Below, piece by piece: positions 37,791-49,567 of a stretch of DNA of 53,135 bases. Source of the DNA: Demequinaceae bacterium. GTDB lineage: Bacteria > Actinomycetota > Actinomycetes > Actinomycetales > Demequinaceae. The number at the start of each line of letters is the position of its first letter. The first letter of the stretch is position 1. The notes below the pieces were generated by a model. It saw only the letters and a program-made list of their open reading frames with translations, ran no database searches and was not told where the DNA came from. The stretch covers positions 1 through 53,135 of the forward strand of contig JADGOS010000001.1 in assembly GCA_017882825.1 (NCBI GenBank), in the 5' to 3' direction. The translations under genes were made by a program, and so were the position numbers.

Positions 37791-39632
37791 GTGAAGCCCC
37801 GTACCACCCTCGCCGCAGCGCTGCTCATCGCGATTCTCGCCGGATGCACCGGCACGCCGCCCGGCCCGTCCCTTACCGGGGGCGACCGCGCCTACCTCGA
37901 CGCGACGCTACCCGTGACAGAGCGCGTCGCGAACCTCCTGGGCCAGATGACGCAGGCCGAGAAGTACGGGCAGATGACGCAGGTCGAGGAGAATTCCGTC
38001 GCTCCCGGAGGTATCGCCCTCCTTGGGCTGGGAAGCGTCCTCCACGGGGGTGGCTCGATCGCGGAGAACGGCGACAAGGACGCCTGGGCGGCCGCAGTTT
38101 CCGCCGACCAACACGAGGCGGTGGAGTCGACGCGCCTAGGGATTCCGATCCTCTACGGAGTCGACGCAATCCACGGCTTCGGATCCATGTATCGCGCGAC
38201 GGTCTTCCCCCAGCAGATCGGGCTCGGGGCGGCCAACGATCCAGAGTTGATGACCTGGATCGGGCGGGCAACCGCGGTCGAGATGTCCGCGACCGGCATC
38301 CGCTGGAACTTCTCCCCCGTCCTCGCCGTGGTGAGCGACGTCCGCTGGGGACGAACCTACGAGTCGTACTCCCAGGATCCCGCGCGGGTCTCCGCGCTCG
38401 GCGCGGCGTACATTCGCGGCCTCCAGGGATCCGCGCTGTCCGACCCCACGAGCGTGCTCGCCACGCCCAAGCACTTCGTCGGCGACGGCTCGACGGTCCT
38501 CGGGCTGACGGCCGACGGCCAGGTGGGCTCCTCGGGACTCGATCAGGGCAACGCGCCGGACGACCCGGCCCTGCTCCGCGACCGGCTCCTGCCTCCGTAC
38601 AAGGCCGCCTTGGACGCCGGCGCGATGTCGGTCATGGCCACCTTCTCGTCCTGGGGTGGGCAGAAGGTGCATGGCGACGCCGCCCTCCTCACTGACACGC
38701 TCCGCGGCGAGTTGGGTTTCAAGGGCTTCGTCATCTCGGACTGGGGCGGTTGCGATCAGATCAACCCCAAGGAACACACGGCGGCCATCGCCCAGTGCAT
38801 CAACGCGGGCGTCGACATGGTGATGACCCCGTACGACGGAGGCGCCTTCCAGGCCGCGCTCGCGGCGGGCGTCGACGGCGGGACGATCTCGCAGGCCCGG
38901 ATCGACGAGGCCGTGCGCCGAATCCTGACCGTGAAGTTCGAGATGGGCCTCTTCGAGAACCCGTACCCCGACGCGGCGGCCCTCGACCTGGTCGGCAGCG
39001 CCGAGAATCGCGCGCTCGCGCGCAAGGCGGTCGCCCAGTCGCAGGTGCTGCTGACGAACGACGGCACCCTTCCGCTCTCCGACCCGGCTTCCACAATCCT
39101 CGTCGTCGGAAACGCCGCCGACGACATGGGCGTGCAGGCTGGCGGATGGACGATGACGTGGCAGGGAAGCGCGGGCGACGTGATCCCGGGGACGACGATC
39201 GTTCAGGGGATCCGCGACCGGGTCGGCGACGCGGGCGCCGTGCTTGACGAGTTCCCCGCCTCGGGGTCGGTCGACGTGTGCATCGCGGTGGTGGGCGAGC
39301 GCCCCTACGCCGAGGGGCAGGGAGACTCCACGAAGCTCCTGCTCCCTGGGATTGACGTGCTCGACCAGCTCGCCGGACGCTGCGGCCGCACCGTCCTCGT
39401 CGTGGTCTCAGGGCGCCCGGTCATCATCACGGATGCGTTGCCGCGGGTGAATGCCGTCGTTGCCTCGTGGCTACCCGGCACGGCGGGCGAGGGCGTGGCC
39501 GACGTGTTGTTCGGCGATCAGCCCTTCACCGGCACCCTCCCGATGAACTGGCCACGGGACGTCGGCCAGTTGCCCTCCGTCCCGCCGGGAGGCGAGTATC
39601 TCTTCCCGCTGGGATTCGGGCTGACGGGCTAG
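37791..39632 (+). CDS. GH3 beta-glucosidase-type glycoside hydrolase, lipoprotein
   Basis: GTG at 37791 gives [19 protein letters not shown] (lipobox). KHFVGDG and GFVISDW (nucleophile Asp). Two-domain GH3 architecture. Confidence 0.87.
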   Translation: MKPRTTLAAALLIAILAGCTGTPPGPSLTGGDRAYLDATLPVTERVANLLGQMTQAEKYGQMTQVEENSVAPGGIALLGLGSVLHGGGSIAENGDKDAWAAAVSADQHEAVESTRLGIPILYGVDAIHGFGSMYRATVFPQQIGLGAANDPELMTWIGRATAVEMSATGIRWNFSPVLAVVSDVRWGRTYESYSQDPARVSALGAAYIRGLQGSALSDPTSVLATPKHFVGDGSTVLGLTADGQVGSSGLDQGNAPDDPALLRDRLLPPYKAALDAGAMSVMATFSSWGGQKVHGDAALLTDTLRGELGFKGFVISDWGGCDQINPKEHTAAIAQCINAGVDMVMTPYDGGAFQAALAAGVDGGTISQARIDEAVRRILTVKFEMGLFENPYPDAAALDLVGSAENRALARKAVAQSQVLLTNDGTLPLSDPASTILVVGNAADDMGVQAGGWTMTWQGSAGDVIPGTTIVQGIRDRVGDAGAVLDEFPASGSVDVCIAVVGERPYAEGQGDSTKLLLPGIDVLDQLAGRCGRTVLVVVSGRPVIITDALPRVNAVVASWLPGTAGEGVADVLFGDQPFTGTLPMNWPRDVGQLPSVPPGGEYLFPLGFGLTG

Positions 39633-40621
39633 ATCAACCCGAGCGCGCGAACCGCGTCCCGCTCCTCGATCATCTCCGCGACCGACTCGTCGATCTTGCC
39701 CCTCGCGTAGTCGTCCATCTCGAGGCCCTCGACGACCTGCCACGCGCCGTCCTTGGAGACGGCGGGATAGGACGAGAAGAGCCCCTCGTTCACGCCGTAG
39801 GAGCCGTCCGACGGGAGGGCCACCGAGGTCCATTCTCCGTCACGCGTCCCCGCGGTCCAGTCGCGGACATGGTCAATGATGGCGTTGGCGGCCGACGCTG
39901 CGGACGACGAGCCGCGGGTCTCGAGGATCGCCGTGCCGCGCTTGGCGACCGTCGGGACGAAGACGTCGCGCACCCATGCCTCGTCCCCGACCACCTGGAG
40001 CGCTGGTGCGCCGCCGATCGTCGCGTGGGCGATGTCCGCGTACTGCTTGGCCGAGTGGTTGCCCCAGATGATCACGTTCCGGATGTCGCGGGTGGACGCG
40101 CCGGTCTTGAGCGCAAGTTGCGCGACCGCCCGGTTGTGGTCCAGTCGCGTCATCGCGGTGAAGCGAGTCGCGGGGACGTCCGGCGCGTGGGCCGACGCGA
40201 TAAGCGCGTTCGTATTCGCGGGGTTCCCGACGACGAGAATGCGCACGTCGTCCGCGGCGCCAGCATTGATCGCGGCGCCCTGGGGGGCGAAGATGCCCGC
40301 GTTCGCCTCCAAGAGGTCAGCGCGCTCCATGCCAGGGCCACGCGGACGAGCGCCGACGAGCAGGCCGATGTTCGCCCCGGCGAAGGCCGCGGTGGCATCG
40401 TCGAAGATGTTGACGCTCGCGAGCAGGGGAAACGCGCAGTCCGCGAGTTCCATCGCCGCGCCCTCGGCCACCTTGAGCGCGGGGGTCACCTCAAGGAGTC
40501 GAAGCGCCACGCGCACGTCGGGACCGAACATCTGTCCGGAAGCGATGCGGAACAGGAGCGCGTAGCCGATCTGGCCCGCCGCCCCCGTCAGAGTGAGCCG
40601 AATGGGGCTCGGCGCGCTCAC
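39629..40621 (-). CDS. mdh: Malate dehydrogenase (LDH-like MDH family)
   Basis: GTG at 40621 overlaps the icd stop (GTGA). [21 protein letters not shown] and IWGNHS. Confidence 0.92.
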   Translation of the reverse strand: MSAPSPIRLTLTGAAGQIGYALLFRIASGQMFGPDVRVALRLLEVTPALKVAEGAAMELADCAFPLLASVNIFDDATAAFAGANIGLLVGARPRGPGMERADLLEANAGIFAPQGAAINAGAADDVRILVVGNPANTNALIASAHAPDVPATRFTAMTRLDHNRAVAQLALKTGASTRDIRNVIIWGNHSAKQYADIAHATIGGAPALQVVGDEAWVRDVFVPTVAKRGTAILETRGSSSAASAANAIIDHVRDWTAGTRDGEWTSVALPSDGSYGVNEGLFSSYPAVSKDGAWQVVEGLEMDDYARGKIDESVAEMIEERDAVRALGLI

Positions 40622-41850
40622 GCCAGCGCCCCGCCAACAAGGGCCGCGGCGAGGTTGGCGTCGACCGTCGCGAGGAAGTCCTCCGTCGTCTGATAGGCCT
40701 GGCCCGGCCCGATGAGAAGTGCGAGGTCCTTCGTCATGTGTCCCGCTTCCACGGTGGCGATCACCACGTCTTCGAGCGTCGCGGCGAAGGCCGTGACCTC
40801 CGGCGTGCCGTCGAGCTTGCCGCGATGCTTGAGGCCCCCGGTCCAGGCGAAGATCGACGCGATCGGGTTGGTGGAGGTGGGGTTGCCCTTCTGGTGCTCG
40901 CGGTAGTGCCGCGTCACCGTGCCGTGCGCGGCCTCCGCCTCGACCGTCTTGCCGTCGGGCGTCACCAGAATCGAGGTCATCAGCCCGAGCGAACCGAAAC
41001 CCTGGGCGATGGTGTCCGACTGGACGTCGCCGTCGTAGTTCTTGCACGCCCAGACGTAGCCGCCCTCCCACTTCATGGCGGCCGCCACCATGTCGTCGAT
41101 TAGGCGGTGCTCGTAGGTCAGCCCCGCCTTGTCGTACTCCGCCTTGAACTCGCGCTCGAAGACGTCGGCGAAGATGTCCTTGAAGGCACCGTCGTAGGCC
41201 TTGAGGATCGTGTTCTTCGTGGAGAGGTAGACGGGGTACCCGCGGTCAAGCCCGTAGCGGAGCGAGGCGCGAGCGAAGTCGGCGATGGACTCGTTGAAGT
41301 TGTACATGCCCATAACAACGCCGCCGGCCTCCGGCATATTCACCACCTCCATCTCCACGGGCGCGGAGCCGTCGGCCGGGGTGTACGTCAGGGTCACGCT
41401 TCCGGCGCCGGGAACCTTGAAGTCCGTCGCCTTGTACTGGTCGCCATGCGCGTGCCGCCCTATCACGATCGGCTTGGTCCAGCCGGGCACGAGGCGCGGG
41501 ATGTTGGAGATGACGATGGGCTCGCGGAAGACGACACCGCCGAGGATGTTGCGGATCGTCCCGTTCGGCGACTTCCACATCTTCTTGAGGCCGAACTCCT
41601 CGACCCGGGCCTCGTCCGGGGTGATCGTGGCGCACTTGACGCCGACTCCGTGCTCCCTGATCGCGTTGGCGGCGTCGATCGTCACCTGGTCATCGGTGCC
41701 GTCGCGGTTCTCGATCGAGAGGTCGTAGTAGTGCAGGTCAACGTCGAGGTGGGGAAGGACCAGCCTGTCCCGAATCAGTTGCCAGATGATGCGCGTCATC
41801 TCGTCTCCGTCGAGTTCGATGACGGGACCGGCGACCTTGATCTTGCCCAT
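40618..41850 (-). CDS. icd: NADP-dependent isocitrate dehydrogenase (homodimeric, eukaryote-like subfamily)
   Basis: ATG at 41850 ([23 protein letters not shown]). [12 protein letters not shown] and [11 protein letters not shown]. The 575-aa track ORF is an upstream over-extension. Confidence 0.93.
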   Translation of the reverse strand: MGKIKVAGPVIELDGDEMTRIIWQLIRDRLVLPHLDVDLHYYDLSIENRDGTDDQVTIDAANAIREHGVGVKCATITPDEARVEEFGLKKMWKSPNGTIRNILGGVVFREPIVISNIPRLVPGWTKPIVIGRHAHGDQYKATDFKVPGAGSVTLTYTPADGSAPVEMEVVNMPEAGGVVMGMYNFNESIADFARASLRYGLDRGYPVYLSTKNTILKAYDGAFKDIFADVFEREFKAEYDKAGLTYEHRLIDDMVAAAMKWEGGYVWACKNYDGDVQSDTIAQGFGSLGLMTSILVTPDGKTVEAEAAHGTVTRHYREHQKGNPTSTNPIASIFAWTGGLKHRGKLDGTPEVTAFAATLEDVVIATVEAGHMTKDLALLIGPGQAYQTTEDFLATVDANLAAALVGGALA

Positions 41851-42009
41851 GCAACTTCTCCTCGTTCTACGCGACGCATGCACTGTCCAGGCTAACTCAC
41901 GGAGGCGAGGGGTCGTGAGCGCGCGGATCCGTTTACACCGCGCCCACGTACGGCGTGGCAGGATGTGCGGAGAAGCGATGACCGCTTCGCCATCACAGAT
42001 CGGACCACC

Positions 42010-42957
42010 ATGGCCAAGAATGCGCCGCAGTCGAACCCTGCGGAGATCATGCCCATCATCGAGATTGACACGTGGGTTGTTGAGGAGTCGGCTGGCCCCA
42101 GCTTCGTCGGACGCCTCTTCGCGGAGTTCCTGGGAACCTTCCTGTTCGTGCTCATAGGCCTCGGCGTCGCCGCGTTCGGGTTCGCCTCCTCGGCTTCGAC
42201 GACCCTTCGCGGCAACACCGATATCGCCTCGCTCACGGGCTCCTTCGGCGGACTCAACTACGCCGCCTCCCTGGGAAACGCGCTCGCTTGGGCGGTTGCG
42301 CTGATCGCCCTCATCGTCGCCGTCGGACGCATCTCCGGGGCGCATTTCAACCCCGCTATCACGCTAGGAATGTGGATCGGCGGGCGCATGCCCGGCCGCG
42401 ACGTCGCGCCATACGTCGTCGTACAGGTCCTGGGTGCGTTGCTCGCGGGAACGGTTGTCCGCACCCTCCTCGTGGGGTTGCCGCTCTTCACGACCGGCTC
42501 GGACCTCGTCGCTGCGTCGGGCGGGGCCGCCCCGACGGTTGGGCAGGGCATGTCCTTCATCACCATCGGAGGCGGGGTCCACTCCTCCACGGGCGCCACC
42601 ATCGCGTATGCCGCGATCGTTGAGTTCATTGCGACGGCGGCTCTCGTTGCGGTGGTGCTGGCCGCAACGTCGCGCAGGGCCCCGAAGGGCCAGGCTCCGT
42701 TCACCATCGGGCTTGCGATCGCGGTCCTGCTCTTGTGGGCGGCGCCGTTCTCGGGCGGAGGCCTCAACCCCGCGCGCATCACCGCCACGGCGCTCTTCGC
42801 GTCCGATGCGGCGGGCGCCCACTGGGCGATCGGCCAGTTGTGGATCTGGTGGGTCGTTGCGCTCCTAGCTGGCGCCTTCGTGGGCCTGCTGTTCCGCGGC
42901 TTCGGTCCGGTCGAGGACCTGCGCGCGGTCGAGACGTCGGACGCGCAGGAGTTGTAG
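42010..42957 (+). CDS. MIP-family channel (aquaporin/aquaglyceroporin)
   Basis: ATG at 42010. Two NPA boxes (HFNPAITLG and GGLNPARI) and six TM helices. Confidence 0.85.
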   Translation: MAKNAPQSNPAEIMPIIEIDTWVVEESAGPSFVGRLFAEFLGTFLFVLIGLGVAAFGFASSASTTLRGNTDIASLTGSFGGLNYAASLGNALAWAVALIALIVAVGRISGAHFNPAITLGMWIGGRMPGRDVAPYVVVQVLGALLAGTVVRTLLVGLPLFTTGSDLVAASGGAAPTVGQGMSFITIGGGVHSSTGATIAYAAIVEFIATAALVAVVLAATSRRAPKGQAPFTIGLAIAVLLLWAAPFSGGGLNPARITATALFASDAAGAHWAIGQLWIWWVVALLAGAFVGLLFRGFGPVEDLRAVETSDAQEL

Positions 42958-42970
42958 CCGTACCTCCACC

Positions 42971-43010
42971 GCGAGGGGCCCGGTCGGCTTGCGCCGACCG
43001 GGCCCCTCGC
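42971..43010. terminator. Perfect 18-bp hairpin, bidirectional terminator
   Basis: gcgaggggcccggtcggc (42971-42988), loop ttgc, then gccgaccgggcccctcgc (42993-43010). It lies between convergent genes. Confidence 0.7.
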
Positions 43011-43025
43011 GCGCTGGGACGATCG

Positions 43026-43280
43026 CTAGTCGAGGACTCCGGAGGAGGCGAGGAGGGCAAGGACGAGGGCAAAGGTCGCGAGGACCGCGATGTCGATGCC
43101 CCGGCGGCGAACCCGCACGGTGGCTCCTTCCCAGCCCAGCCCTCGCGCGGTCGCCTCCGCGAGTGCCAAACCCGCGAGAATCCACATTCCCACGACCACC
43201 GTGGTGTACATCATCACCGCTATGCCGAGCGCGACGGCGAGGAGCGGCAACCACACGGGGACGCGCGAACCGGGAGTCAC
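43026..43280 (-). CDS. Small membrane protein, DUF3017-like
   Basis: 84 aa, GTG start 10 nt downstream of the purH stop. Three hydrophobic segments. The VRVRRRGIDIAVLATFALV segment resembles recalled DUF3017 (Rv3355c-like) proteins. Confidence 0.55.
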   Translation of the reverse strand: MTPGSRVPVWLPLLAVALGIAVMMYTTVVVGMWILAGLALAEATARGLGWEGATVRVRRRGIDIAVLATFALVLALLASSGVLD

Positions 43281-43289
43281 AGGGTGGAC

Positions 43290-44849
43290 CTAGTGGAAGA
43301 AGTGCCGGGTGCCGGTGAGGTACAGGGAAACGCCTGCTGCCTCCGCGGCGGCGATGACCTCGGCGTCCCGGATCGAGCCGCCCGGCTCGACGACGGCCGC
43401 CACGCCAGCATCCGCAAGAACCTGGAAGCCATCGGCGAACGGGAAGTAGGCGTCCGAGGCCGCTACGGAACCGGAGGCGCGCTCGGCCCCCGCCCGCGCA
43501 ACCGCAAGTCGGCACGAGTCGACGCGGTTGACCTGGCCCATGCCGATGCCAACGGATGCCCCACCCTTGGCGAGGAGGATCGCGTTCGATTTGGTGGAGC
43601 GCACCGCGCGCCACGCGAACTCAAGGTCGGCGAGAACCGCGGCCGAGACCGCCGGTCCCGTCGCGAGCGTCCATGTGGCGGGATCGTCGCCGGGGGCGTC
43701 AATGCGATCCGCCTGCTGAAAGAGCAGGCCTCCAGAGATCGGGCGGAACTCGCCCGGCCCGCGACCGCCCTGCACCACGAGGATTCTTAGGTTCTTCTTC
43801 TTCGTGAGGATGTCGAGGGCACCGGGCTCGTACGAGGGTGCGGCGATCACCTCCGTGAAGATCTCGGCGATGTGGCTCGCCGCGGCCGCCGTCACCTCGC
43901 GGTTGGAGGCGATGACGCCTCCGTACGCAGACGCCGGGTCGCACGCGTGCGCCTTCGCGTGCGCGTCCGCCACGTCCGCGCCGATCGCGATCCCGCAGGG
44001 GTTGGCGTGCTTGACAACGGCGACGGCAATCCCGTCGTGGTCATGGGCCGCGCGCCAGGCCGCGTCCACGTCGACGTAGTTGTTGTACGACATTTCCTTG
44101 CCGTGAAGCTGCTCCGAGTTGGCGATGCCCCCCTCGGACGCCTCATCGACGTACAGGGCCGCAGCCTGGTGAGGGTTCTCGCCGTAGCGGAGCGCGAATC
44201 GGCGCTTCCCGCTCATTCCGACCCAGCCGGGGAAGCCGGTCCCCTCGTCGTCCGCTGAGACTACCGCTCCCATCCACGAAGCCACGTGGATGTCGTAGGC
44301 GGCCGTGTGTCGGAATGCCTCGACCGCGAGGGCCTGTCGTTCGGCAAGCGTGAAGCCTCCCGCGGCGACTGCGGCGAGCGCTGCACCGTACTCGGCCGGG
44401 TTGACGATGACCGCGACGCTCGCGTGATTCTTCGCCGCCGCGCGAACCATCGATGGCCCGCCGATGTCGATCTGCTCGATGACCTCGTCGGGCGCGGCGC
44501 CCGAGCGAACGGTCTCGGCAAACGGGTAGAGGTTGCTCACCACGAGGTCGAACGGGGCGATGCCCATCGCCTCGAGTTGGCTCACGTGGGACTCGAGCCG
44601 GCGATCCGCGAGGATCCCCGCATGAATCCGCGGATGGAGGGTCTTGACCCTCCCATCCAGGCACTCGGGGAACTCGGTGACGTCCTCCACCTTGGTGACC
44701 GGAAGGCCGGCGGCGGCGATGCGCGCGGCCGTGCTTCCCGTCGAGACGAGTTCGACGCCAGCTTCCGCGAGGCCCCGGGCCAGGGCCTCGAGGCCAGACT
44801 TGTCGTACACGGACACGAGGGCCCTGCGCACTGGTAGACGGTCGTTCAT
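43290..44849 (-). CDS. purH: Bifunctional AICAR transformylase / IMP cyclohydrolase
   Basis: 519 aa. N-terminal MGS-like domain ([12 protein letters not shown]) and C-terminal AICARFT domain (EPGGSIRD). Confidence 0.95.
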   Translation of the reverse strand: MNDRLPVRRALVSVYDKSGLEALARGLAEAGVELVSTGSTAARIAAAGLPVTKVEDVTEFPECLDGRVKTLHPRIHAGILADRRLESHVSQLEAMGIAPFDLVVSNLYPFAETVRSGAAPDEVIEQIDIGGPSMVRAAAKNHASVAVIVNPAEYGAALAAVAAGGFTLAERQALAVEAFRHTAAYDIHVASWMGAVVSADDEGTGFPGWVGMSGKRRFALRYGENPHQAAALYVDEASEGGIANSEQLHGKEMSYNNYVDVDAAWRAAHDHDGIAVAVVKHANPCGIAIGADVADAHAKAHACDPASAYGGVIASNREVTAAAASHIAEIFTEVIAAPSYEPGALDILTKKKNLRILVVQGGRGPGEFRPISGGLLFQQADRIDAPGDDPATWTLATGPAVSAAVLADLEFAWRAVRSTKSNAILLAKGGASVGIGMGQVNRVDSCRLAVARAGAERASGSVAASDAYFPFADGFQVLADAGVAAVVEPGGSIRDAEVIAAAEAAGVSLYLTGTRHFFH

Positions 44850-45487
44850 GATTCATCCTTTCCTGATCCGCCGAGCAGGACGCGGCGTCCCTCGACGGTC
44901 CATCCACGCGTCACGAGCGCGTGGACCGTGTCGACCACGAGCGCGCGCTCGACTGCCTTGATCCGTTCGTGAAGCGTCTCCTCGGTGTCGTCCGGAAGGA
45001 CGCTTACCGTCGCCTGGGCGACAATCGGTCCGGTGTCCACGCCCTCGTCGACGAGGATCACCGTGCACCCCGTCACCTTGACCCCGTGAGCAAGCGCGTC
45101 GCGAACCCCGTGGGCACCGGGGAAGGATGGCAGGAGCGCCGGATGGGTGTTGAGGATGCGCCCCCGGTAGTGATCGACGGTCGCGGGCGCCAGGATCTTC
45201 ATGAAACCCGCCAGGACGACGAGGTCAGGCGAGAAGACGTCAATGGCTTCCCTGACGCCGCGATTCCACTCCTCGCGACTCGGAAACTCCGCGAGGGCCA
45301 CGACTGCGGTCGGCACGGTGGCGGCGCGCGCGAGGGTGAGCCCCGGCGCCGACGCGCGGTCCGAGATGACCGCGGCAACCCGCGCCCCGTACCCTGGTTC
45401 CTTAGCGGCTTCGAGGATCGCCGACATCGTGGTTCCTGCGCCCGAGATCAAGACCACGATCGAGGCAGGGGGCGAGTCGCTTGTCAC
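44846..45487 (-). CDS. purN: Phosphoribosylglycinamide formyltransferase
   Basis: 213 aa. [24 protein letters not shown], and a 4-nt ATGA overlap with purH. Confidence 0.93.
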   Translation of the reverse strand: MTSDSPPASIVVLISGAGTTMSAILEAAKEPGYGARVAAVISDRASAPGLTLARAATVPTAVVALAEFPSREEWNRGVREAIDVFSPDLVVLAGFMKILAPATVDHYRGRILNTHPALLPSFPGAHGVRDALAHGVKVTGCTVILVDEGVDTGPIVAQATVSVLPDDTEETLHERIKAVERALVVDTVHALVTRGWTVEGRRVLLGGSGKDES

Positions 45488-45536
45488 ATCCCGACCCTAT
45501 CGGCATGCTGGTTGTCTCACCTACGCAAGGATCACC

Positions 45537-45992
45537 GTGAACCCCGCCCCAGCCCCGCCGCGCCTTTCCCTCCCGGCGCTGCGCTTCGTACGATGGTTCG
45601 CCTACCTACTCGCGATCGCCGTCGTTATGACGATGCTCCCGCTGCCGTGGACCTTGGTCGGCCTCCCCGCTGCCGTGGCGGCCGCGGTCGTCGCGGTCGT
45701 CGCGATGGTCAAGATGCGGGGCACCGCGAGCACCATGGTGTGGGCGACGATGGCGGCGGGCCTCCTCTTGTCTGGGGCGCTCGTGTTGACCTGCACCGCC
45801 GAGGCGGTGTTCTACCGGGAGTTCGAGGCCTACCAGCAGTGCCGGAGCAGCGCGATCACGGTGGGGGCGACGACCGCGTGCGACCGGGAGTTTCGGGACG
45901 CGGTGAACGCGCGGGCGCATCGCTTCGGGGTTTCCGTCTATCCGTCTCCCTCTCCTTCGGCGAGCCAGGCGACGTCGCCTTCGGCGAGCTAG
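45537..45992 (+). CDS. Hypothetical membrane protein
   Basis: Track ORF trimmed to the GTG at 45537, past purN. Three hydrophobic helices, then a Cys-containing segment and a Ser/Pro tail. The 3' end overlaps the perM-like ORF by 137 nt, so the true end of one of the two is doubtful. Confidence 0.45.
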   Translation: MNPAPAPPRLSLPALRFVRWFAYLLAIAVVMTMLPLPWTLVGLPAAVAAAVVAVVAMVKMRGTASTMVWATMAAGLLLSGALVLTCTAEAVFYREFEAYQQCRSSAITVGATTACDREFRDAVNARAHRFGVSVYPSPSPSASQATSPSAS

Positions 45993-47157
45993 GGGCCGTC
46001 AACTTCGCCGCGAGACCTCCCCCGGCGAATCCCAGCGCCACGAGAACGCCCACCCAAATCGCCATCTCTACCGGAGACGGGCCGACGATCGCGAGTCGCC
46101 CGCTCCCCAGCGAGCCGCGCGAGGCCATCGCCGCAAGCGCGGCGAGAACCACAACGGTCGCGACGGCCACTACCTGCACGCGCACCGCCGGACGTTCGCC
46201 GAACCGCTGGGCGAGCGAGCGCGTCCCCGCCGCCACCGCGATGACCACGAGCGGCGCGAGGACCAGCAGCCCGCCTGCACCGTGAGGGAGAGCGCCAAGA
46301 AGCGGGATGGACGGTAGCGGGGCGGTCACGAGGTGTGCCGGCGCATACTCGGTCCCTGCGCCGACGGAGAAACCGGGCCCCGCGAGCCACGCAACGCCCC
46401 ACACTGCGAGCGTGGGCGCATAGGCCGCCTCGCCGAGCGCTAGGGCGAGCGTGCCGACGGGATCAGCGTCGAGCGTCCCGGCCACATGAGTGATCTCGGA
46501 CCATCCCGCTATCGTCCAGAAGCAGAACGCAATCGCACCCGCGGCCCAGAGGCCGAGCGCAATCGCGGCGCCGAGCCTCAGGCCTGCGGAGAGCCATGCG
46601 GGGAGGCGACCCGCGCCCGCGCCGCGTAGCCATCCCCCGCTCCGCCATCCCGCCCGGCGCAGCCCCGCGCCCGATCCCCCGCCCCCGACGAGCGACCCGA
46701 CAATGGCCGCCCGAATCACGGCATGGGGCGCGGTCGCGGCGGCATCGGACGCCGAGGCGATCAACGCGGCGCACGTCGCGTACGTCGCGGTGAAGGCGAG
46801 CCAGCTCCCCGTCGTTGGGACCGCGAAGCGGCGCGCAAGCCCAGCGGCAAGGGACGCGAAGACGAGGGTCAGTCCCAGGGGGACCAGGCCGACGGCCGCG
46901 GCCGCACTACCCGCCGCGACGCCGTGCGCAAGAAGCCAGACGCGAACGCCTGCGGCCGCGGCGGCCTCCCAGTCGATGCCGGCCGTTCCGTCGGCCGGGG
47001 CCGAGGCCGCGGCGACGGCGAGCGCGACGGCGACGATGGCGCCCACCGAGAGAAGGGCCGACTGGAGCCCCGCCATGACGCCGCCTACCCATCCGGGGAC
47101 GGTGTTCCCGGCACGCGCCGCGAACGAGCGTAGGTCGGAGCGAAACGTGCGGGCCAC
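45856..47157 (-). CDS. perM: PerM-like polytopic membrane protein (DUF6350-type)
   Basis: 433 aa, about 10 TM helices, Ala/Gly-rich. Its position between sucD and purN matches the recalled Rv0955 (perM) context. GTG start. Confidence 0.68.
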   Translation of the reverse strand: MARTFRSDLRSFAARAGNTVPGWVGGVMAGLQSALLSVGAIVAVALAVAAASAPADGTAGIDWEAAAAAGVRVWLLAHGVAAGSAAAAVGLVPLGLTLVFASLAAGLARRFAVPTTGSWLAFTATYATCAALIASASDAAATAPHAVIRAAIVGSLVGGGGSGAGLRRAGWRSGGWLRGAGAGRLPAWLSAGLRLGAAIALGLWAAGAIAFCFWTIAGWSEITHVAGTLDADPVGTLALALGEAAYAPTLAVWGVAWLAGPGFSVGAGTEYAPAHLVTAPLPSIPLLGALPHGAGGLLVLAPLVVIAVAAGTRSLAQRFGERPAVRVQVVAVATVVVLAALAAMASRGSLGSGRLAIVGPSPVEMAIWVGVLVALGFAGGGLAAKLTAPSSPKATSPGSPKERETDRRKPRSDAPARSPRPETPGRTRSSPPP

Positions 47158-47226
47158 GGCCCTATCGTCGCTCGCCGGACGCCGCTCGGAGGGGACCGAA
47201 CCGCCAGCGGTTCGGCGTCGTCCGCC

Positions 47227-48117
47227 TCAGGCGCGCAGGATCTCTCGCACGAGGCGGGCGGTCTCGGACGGAGTCGTGCCGACCCGGACGCCCGCGGCCT
47301 CGAGCGCCACGCGCTTGGCCTCGGCGGTTCCGGCGGAGCCGGAGACGATCGCGCCAGCGTGCCCCATCGTCTTGCCTTCGGGCGCCGTGAAGCCCGCGAC
47401 ATACCCAACGACGGGCTTGGACACGTGCTCCTTGACGTAGGCGGCCGCGCGCTCCTCGGCGTCGCCGCCGATCTCCCCGATCATGACGATCGCCTTGGTG
47501 TCCGGGTCCGCCTGGAATGCCGCGAGGCAATCGATGTGCGTGGTGCCGACCACGGGGTCGCCGCCGATCCCCACACACGTGGTGAAGCCTAGGTCCCGCA
47601 GCTCGTGCATCATCTGGTACGTCAGGGTTCCGGACTTGGAGACGAGCCCGATGGGCCCGGGCCCGGTAATGGTCGCGGGCGTGATGCCCACGTTGGACTG
47701 GCCGGGTGAGATGACGCCGGGGCAGTTCGGACCGAGCGTGCGCGTACCCTTCTCGAGCGCGTACGCCGTGAAGACGGCCGTGTCGGCCACGGGAATGCCC
47801 TCCGTAATGATGACGACGAGCGGCATCGCCGCGTCGATCGCCTCCATGACGGCGGCCTTCGCGAACGGCGGCGGGACGAAGACGACGGAGACGTCGGCGC
47901 CCGTGGCTGCCATCGCGTCGGCGACCGTCCCGAACACGGGAATGGTGCGCGTCTTGCCCTCGACGTCGAAGCTCACCGACTCGCCCGCCTTGCGCGGGTT
48001 GACCCCGCCGACGATCTGGGTGCCGGACGCGAGCATCCGGGCCGTGTGCTTCTGGCCCTCGGAGCCCGTCATGCCCTGGACGATGACCCTCGAGGCGGCG
48101 TTGAGGAAGATGGTCAT
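47227..48117 (-). CDS. sucD: Succinate-CoA ligase subunit alpha
   Basis: 296 aa. QGMTGSEG, and the GHAGAI segment containing the phosphohistidine. Confidence 0.95.
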   Translation of the reverse strand: MTIFLNAASRVIVQGMTGSEGQKHTARMLASGTQIVGGVNPRKAGESVSFDVEGKTRTIPVFGTVADAMAATGADVSVVFVPPPFAKAAVMEAIDAAMPLVVIITEGIPVADTAVFTAYALEKGTRTLGPNCPGVISPGQSNVGITPATITGPGPIGLVSKSGTLTYQMMHELRDLGFTTCVGIGGDPVVGTTHIDCLAAFQADPDTKAIVMIGEIGGDAEERAAAYVKEHVSKPVVGYVAGFTAPEGKTMGHAGAIVSGSAGTAEAKRVALEAAGVRVGTTPSETARLVREILRA

Positions 48118-48126
48118 GGGCCTCTC

Positions 48127-49287
48127 CTAGGCTGCCGCGAGTTCGGCGGCCCTCGCGGCCGCGGCGTCCATGGTGTCCACCACGGTGACGAGCGGGTGCT
48201 TCGCGGCGGTCAGGATCTCGCGACCCTCGACGACGCTGTTGCCATCGAGCCGCACGACGATCGGCTTGGTCGCGTGGTCTCCCAGGATCTCGAGCGCGGC
48301 GACGATGCCGCGCGCCACCTCCACGCACGAGGTAATCCCTCCAAAGACGTTCACGAAGACGCTCTTCACCTGGGCGTCGCCAAGGATGATCTCGAGGCCG
48401 TCCGCCATGACCTGCGCCGACGCGCCCCCGCCGATGTCGAGGAAGTTCGCGGGTTTGACGCCCAGGTCCTTGCCCGCGAGCGCCACGACGTCGAGCGTGG
48501 ACATCACGAGGCCCGCGCCGTTGCCGATGATCCCGACCTCGCCGTCGAGTTTGACGTAGTTGAGGCCCTTCTCGCCCGCGAGGCGCTCAAGAGGGTCCGT
48601 CGCGTCGATGTCCGCGAGCGACTCGTGGTCGGGGTGGCGGAAGCGCGCGTTGTCGTCGAGCGTCACCTTGCCGTCGAGCGCGATGATCGCGCCGTCGGCC
48701 GTGCGCACGAGCGGATTGACCTCCACCAGGGTGGCGTCCTCTCGGGTGTAGACCTCCCCGAGCCTGACGAGCGCGTCCGCGACCGCGCCGGCGACGCCGG
48801 GCGCGAAGCCCGCGGCGGCGACGATCTCGGCCGCCTTCGCCGCGTCGATCCCCACCCGCGGATCCACGTCCACCTTGGCGAGGGACTCGGGTCGCTCGAC
48901 CGCCAGCACCTCGATCTCCACGCCGCCTTCCACGGAACACATCGCGAGGTAGCGCCGGGTCGACCGGTCGAGCAGGAGCGAGAAGTAGTACTCGTCCTCG
49001 ATCCTCGCGCCGGCGGCGATCATCACGCGGCGGACGGTGTGGCCCTTGATGTCCATGCCGAGGATCGCGGCCGCGGCCGCCTCGGCCTCCTCGGGCGTGT
49101 GCGCGAGTTTGACGCCGCCCGCCTTGCCGCGCCCACCCACCTTGACCTGCGCCTTCACGACGACGGTGCCGCCGATCTTCGCGGCCGCGGCGCGGGCATC
49201 GGCCGGGGTCGTGGCGACGATGCCCTCGAGCACCGGGACGCCGTGGCGCTCGAACAAGTCGCGCGCCTGGTATTCATACAGGTCCAT
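48127..49287 (-). CDS. sucC: Succinate-CoA ligase subunit beta
   Basis: ATG at 49287 ([19 protein letters not shown]). ATP-grasp N-terminus and a C-terminal ligase-CoA domain. Confidence 0.95.
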   Translation of the reverse strand: MDLYEYQARDLFERHGVPVLEGIVATTPADARAAAAKIGGTVVVKAQVKVGGRGKAGGVKLAHTPEEAEAAAAAILGMDIKGHTVRRVMIAAGARIEDEYYFSLLLDRSTRRYLAMCSVEGGVEIEVLAVERPESLAKVDVDPRVGIDAAKAAEIVAAAGFAPGVAGAVADALVRLGEVYTREDATLVEVNPLVRTADGAIIALDGKVTLDDNARFRHPDHESLADIDATDPLERLAGEKGLNYVKLDGEVGIIGNGAGLVMSTLDVVALAGKDLGVKPANFLDIGGGASAQVMADGLEIILGDAQVKSVFVNVFGGITSCVEVARGIVAALEILGDHATKPIVVRLDGNSVVEGREILTAAKHPLVTVVDTMDAAAARAAELAAA

Positions 49288-49567
49288 GGGGTCCTTCTCG
49301 GGTTCCGGGACGCCCGTGCAAGCGCCGCGCTTCCGGGTTCCAGAGTATCCGGCGGGCGCGACCCAAGTGTCACTCACGAGGTGCGAGAACGCGGTATCTC
49401 GATCCCCAAAGGACCGCAAACGTCGCGCGCGCCAGGTCGCGTTCGCGCCGCTCGGCCGATCCGAGTCTCGGGAAGTTCAGGGTGCGAGTGGGGGGACTCC
49501 CCCATAGCGCGCGCGCGAGCGGACCGAGACCCTAGGTGCAGAATTCACCACCATCAATGGAGAGACC

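Noticed and set aside
40618-42345. N-terminally extended versions of icd (575 aa), mdh (480 aa), sucC (430 aa), folD (342 aa) and purU (fused into an 858-aa ORF).
   Set aside because: Canonical N-termini with SD-like sequences occur at internal ATG/GTG codons. The extensions are Arg/Gly-rich and overlap neighbouring genes.
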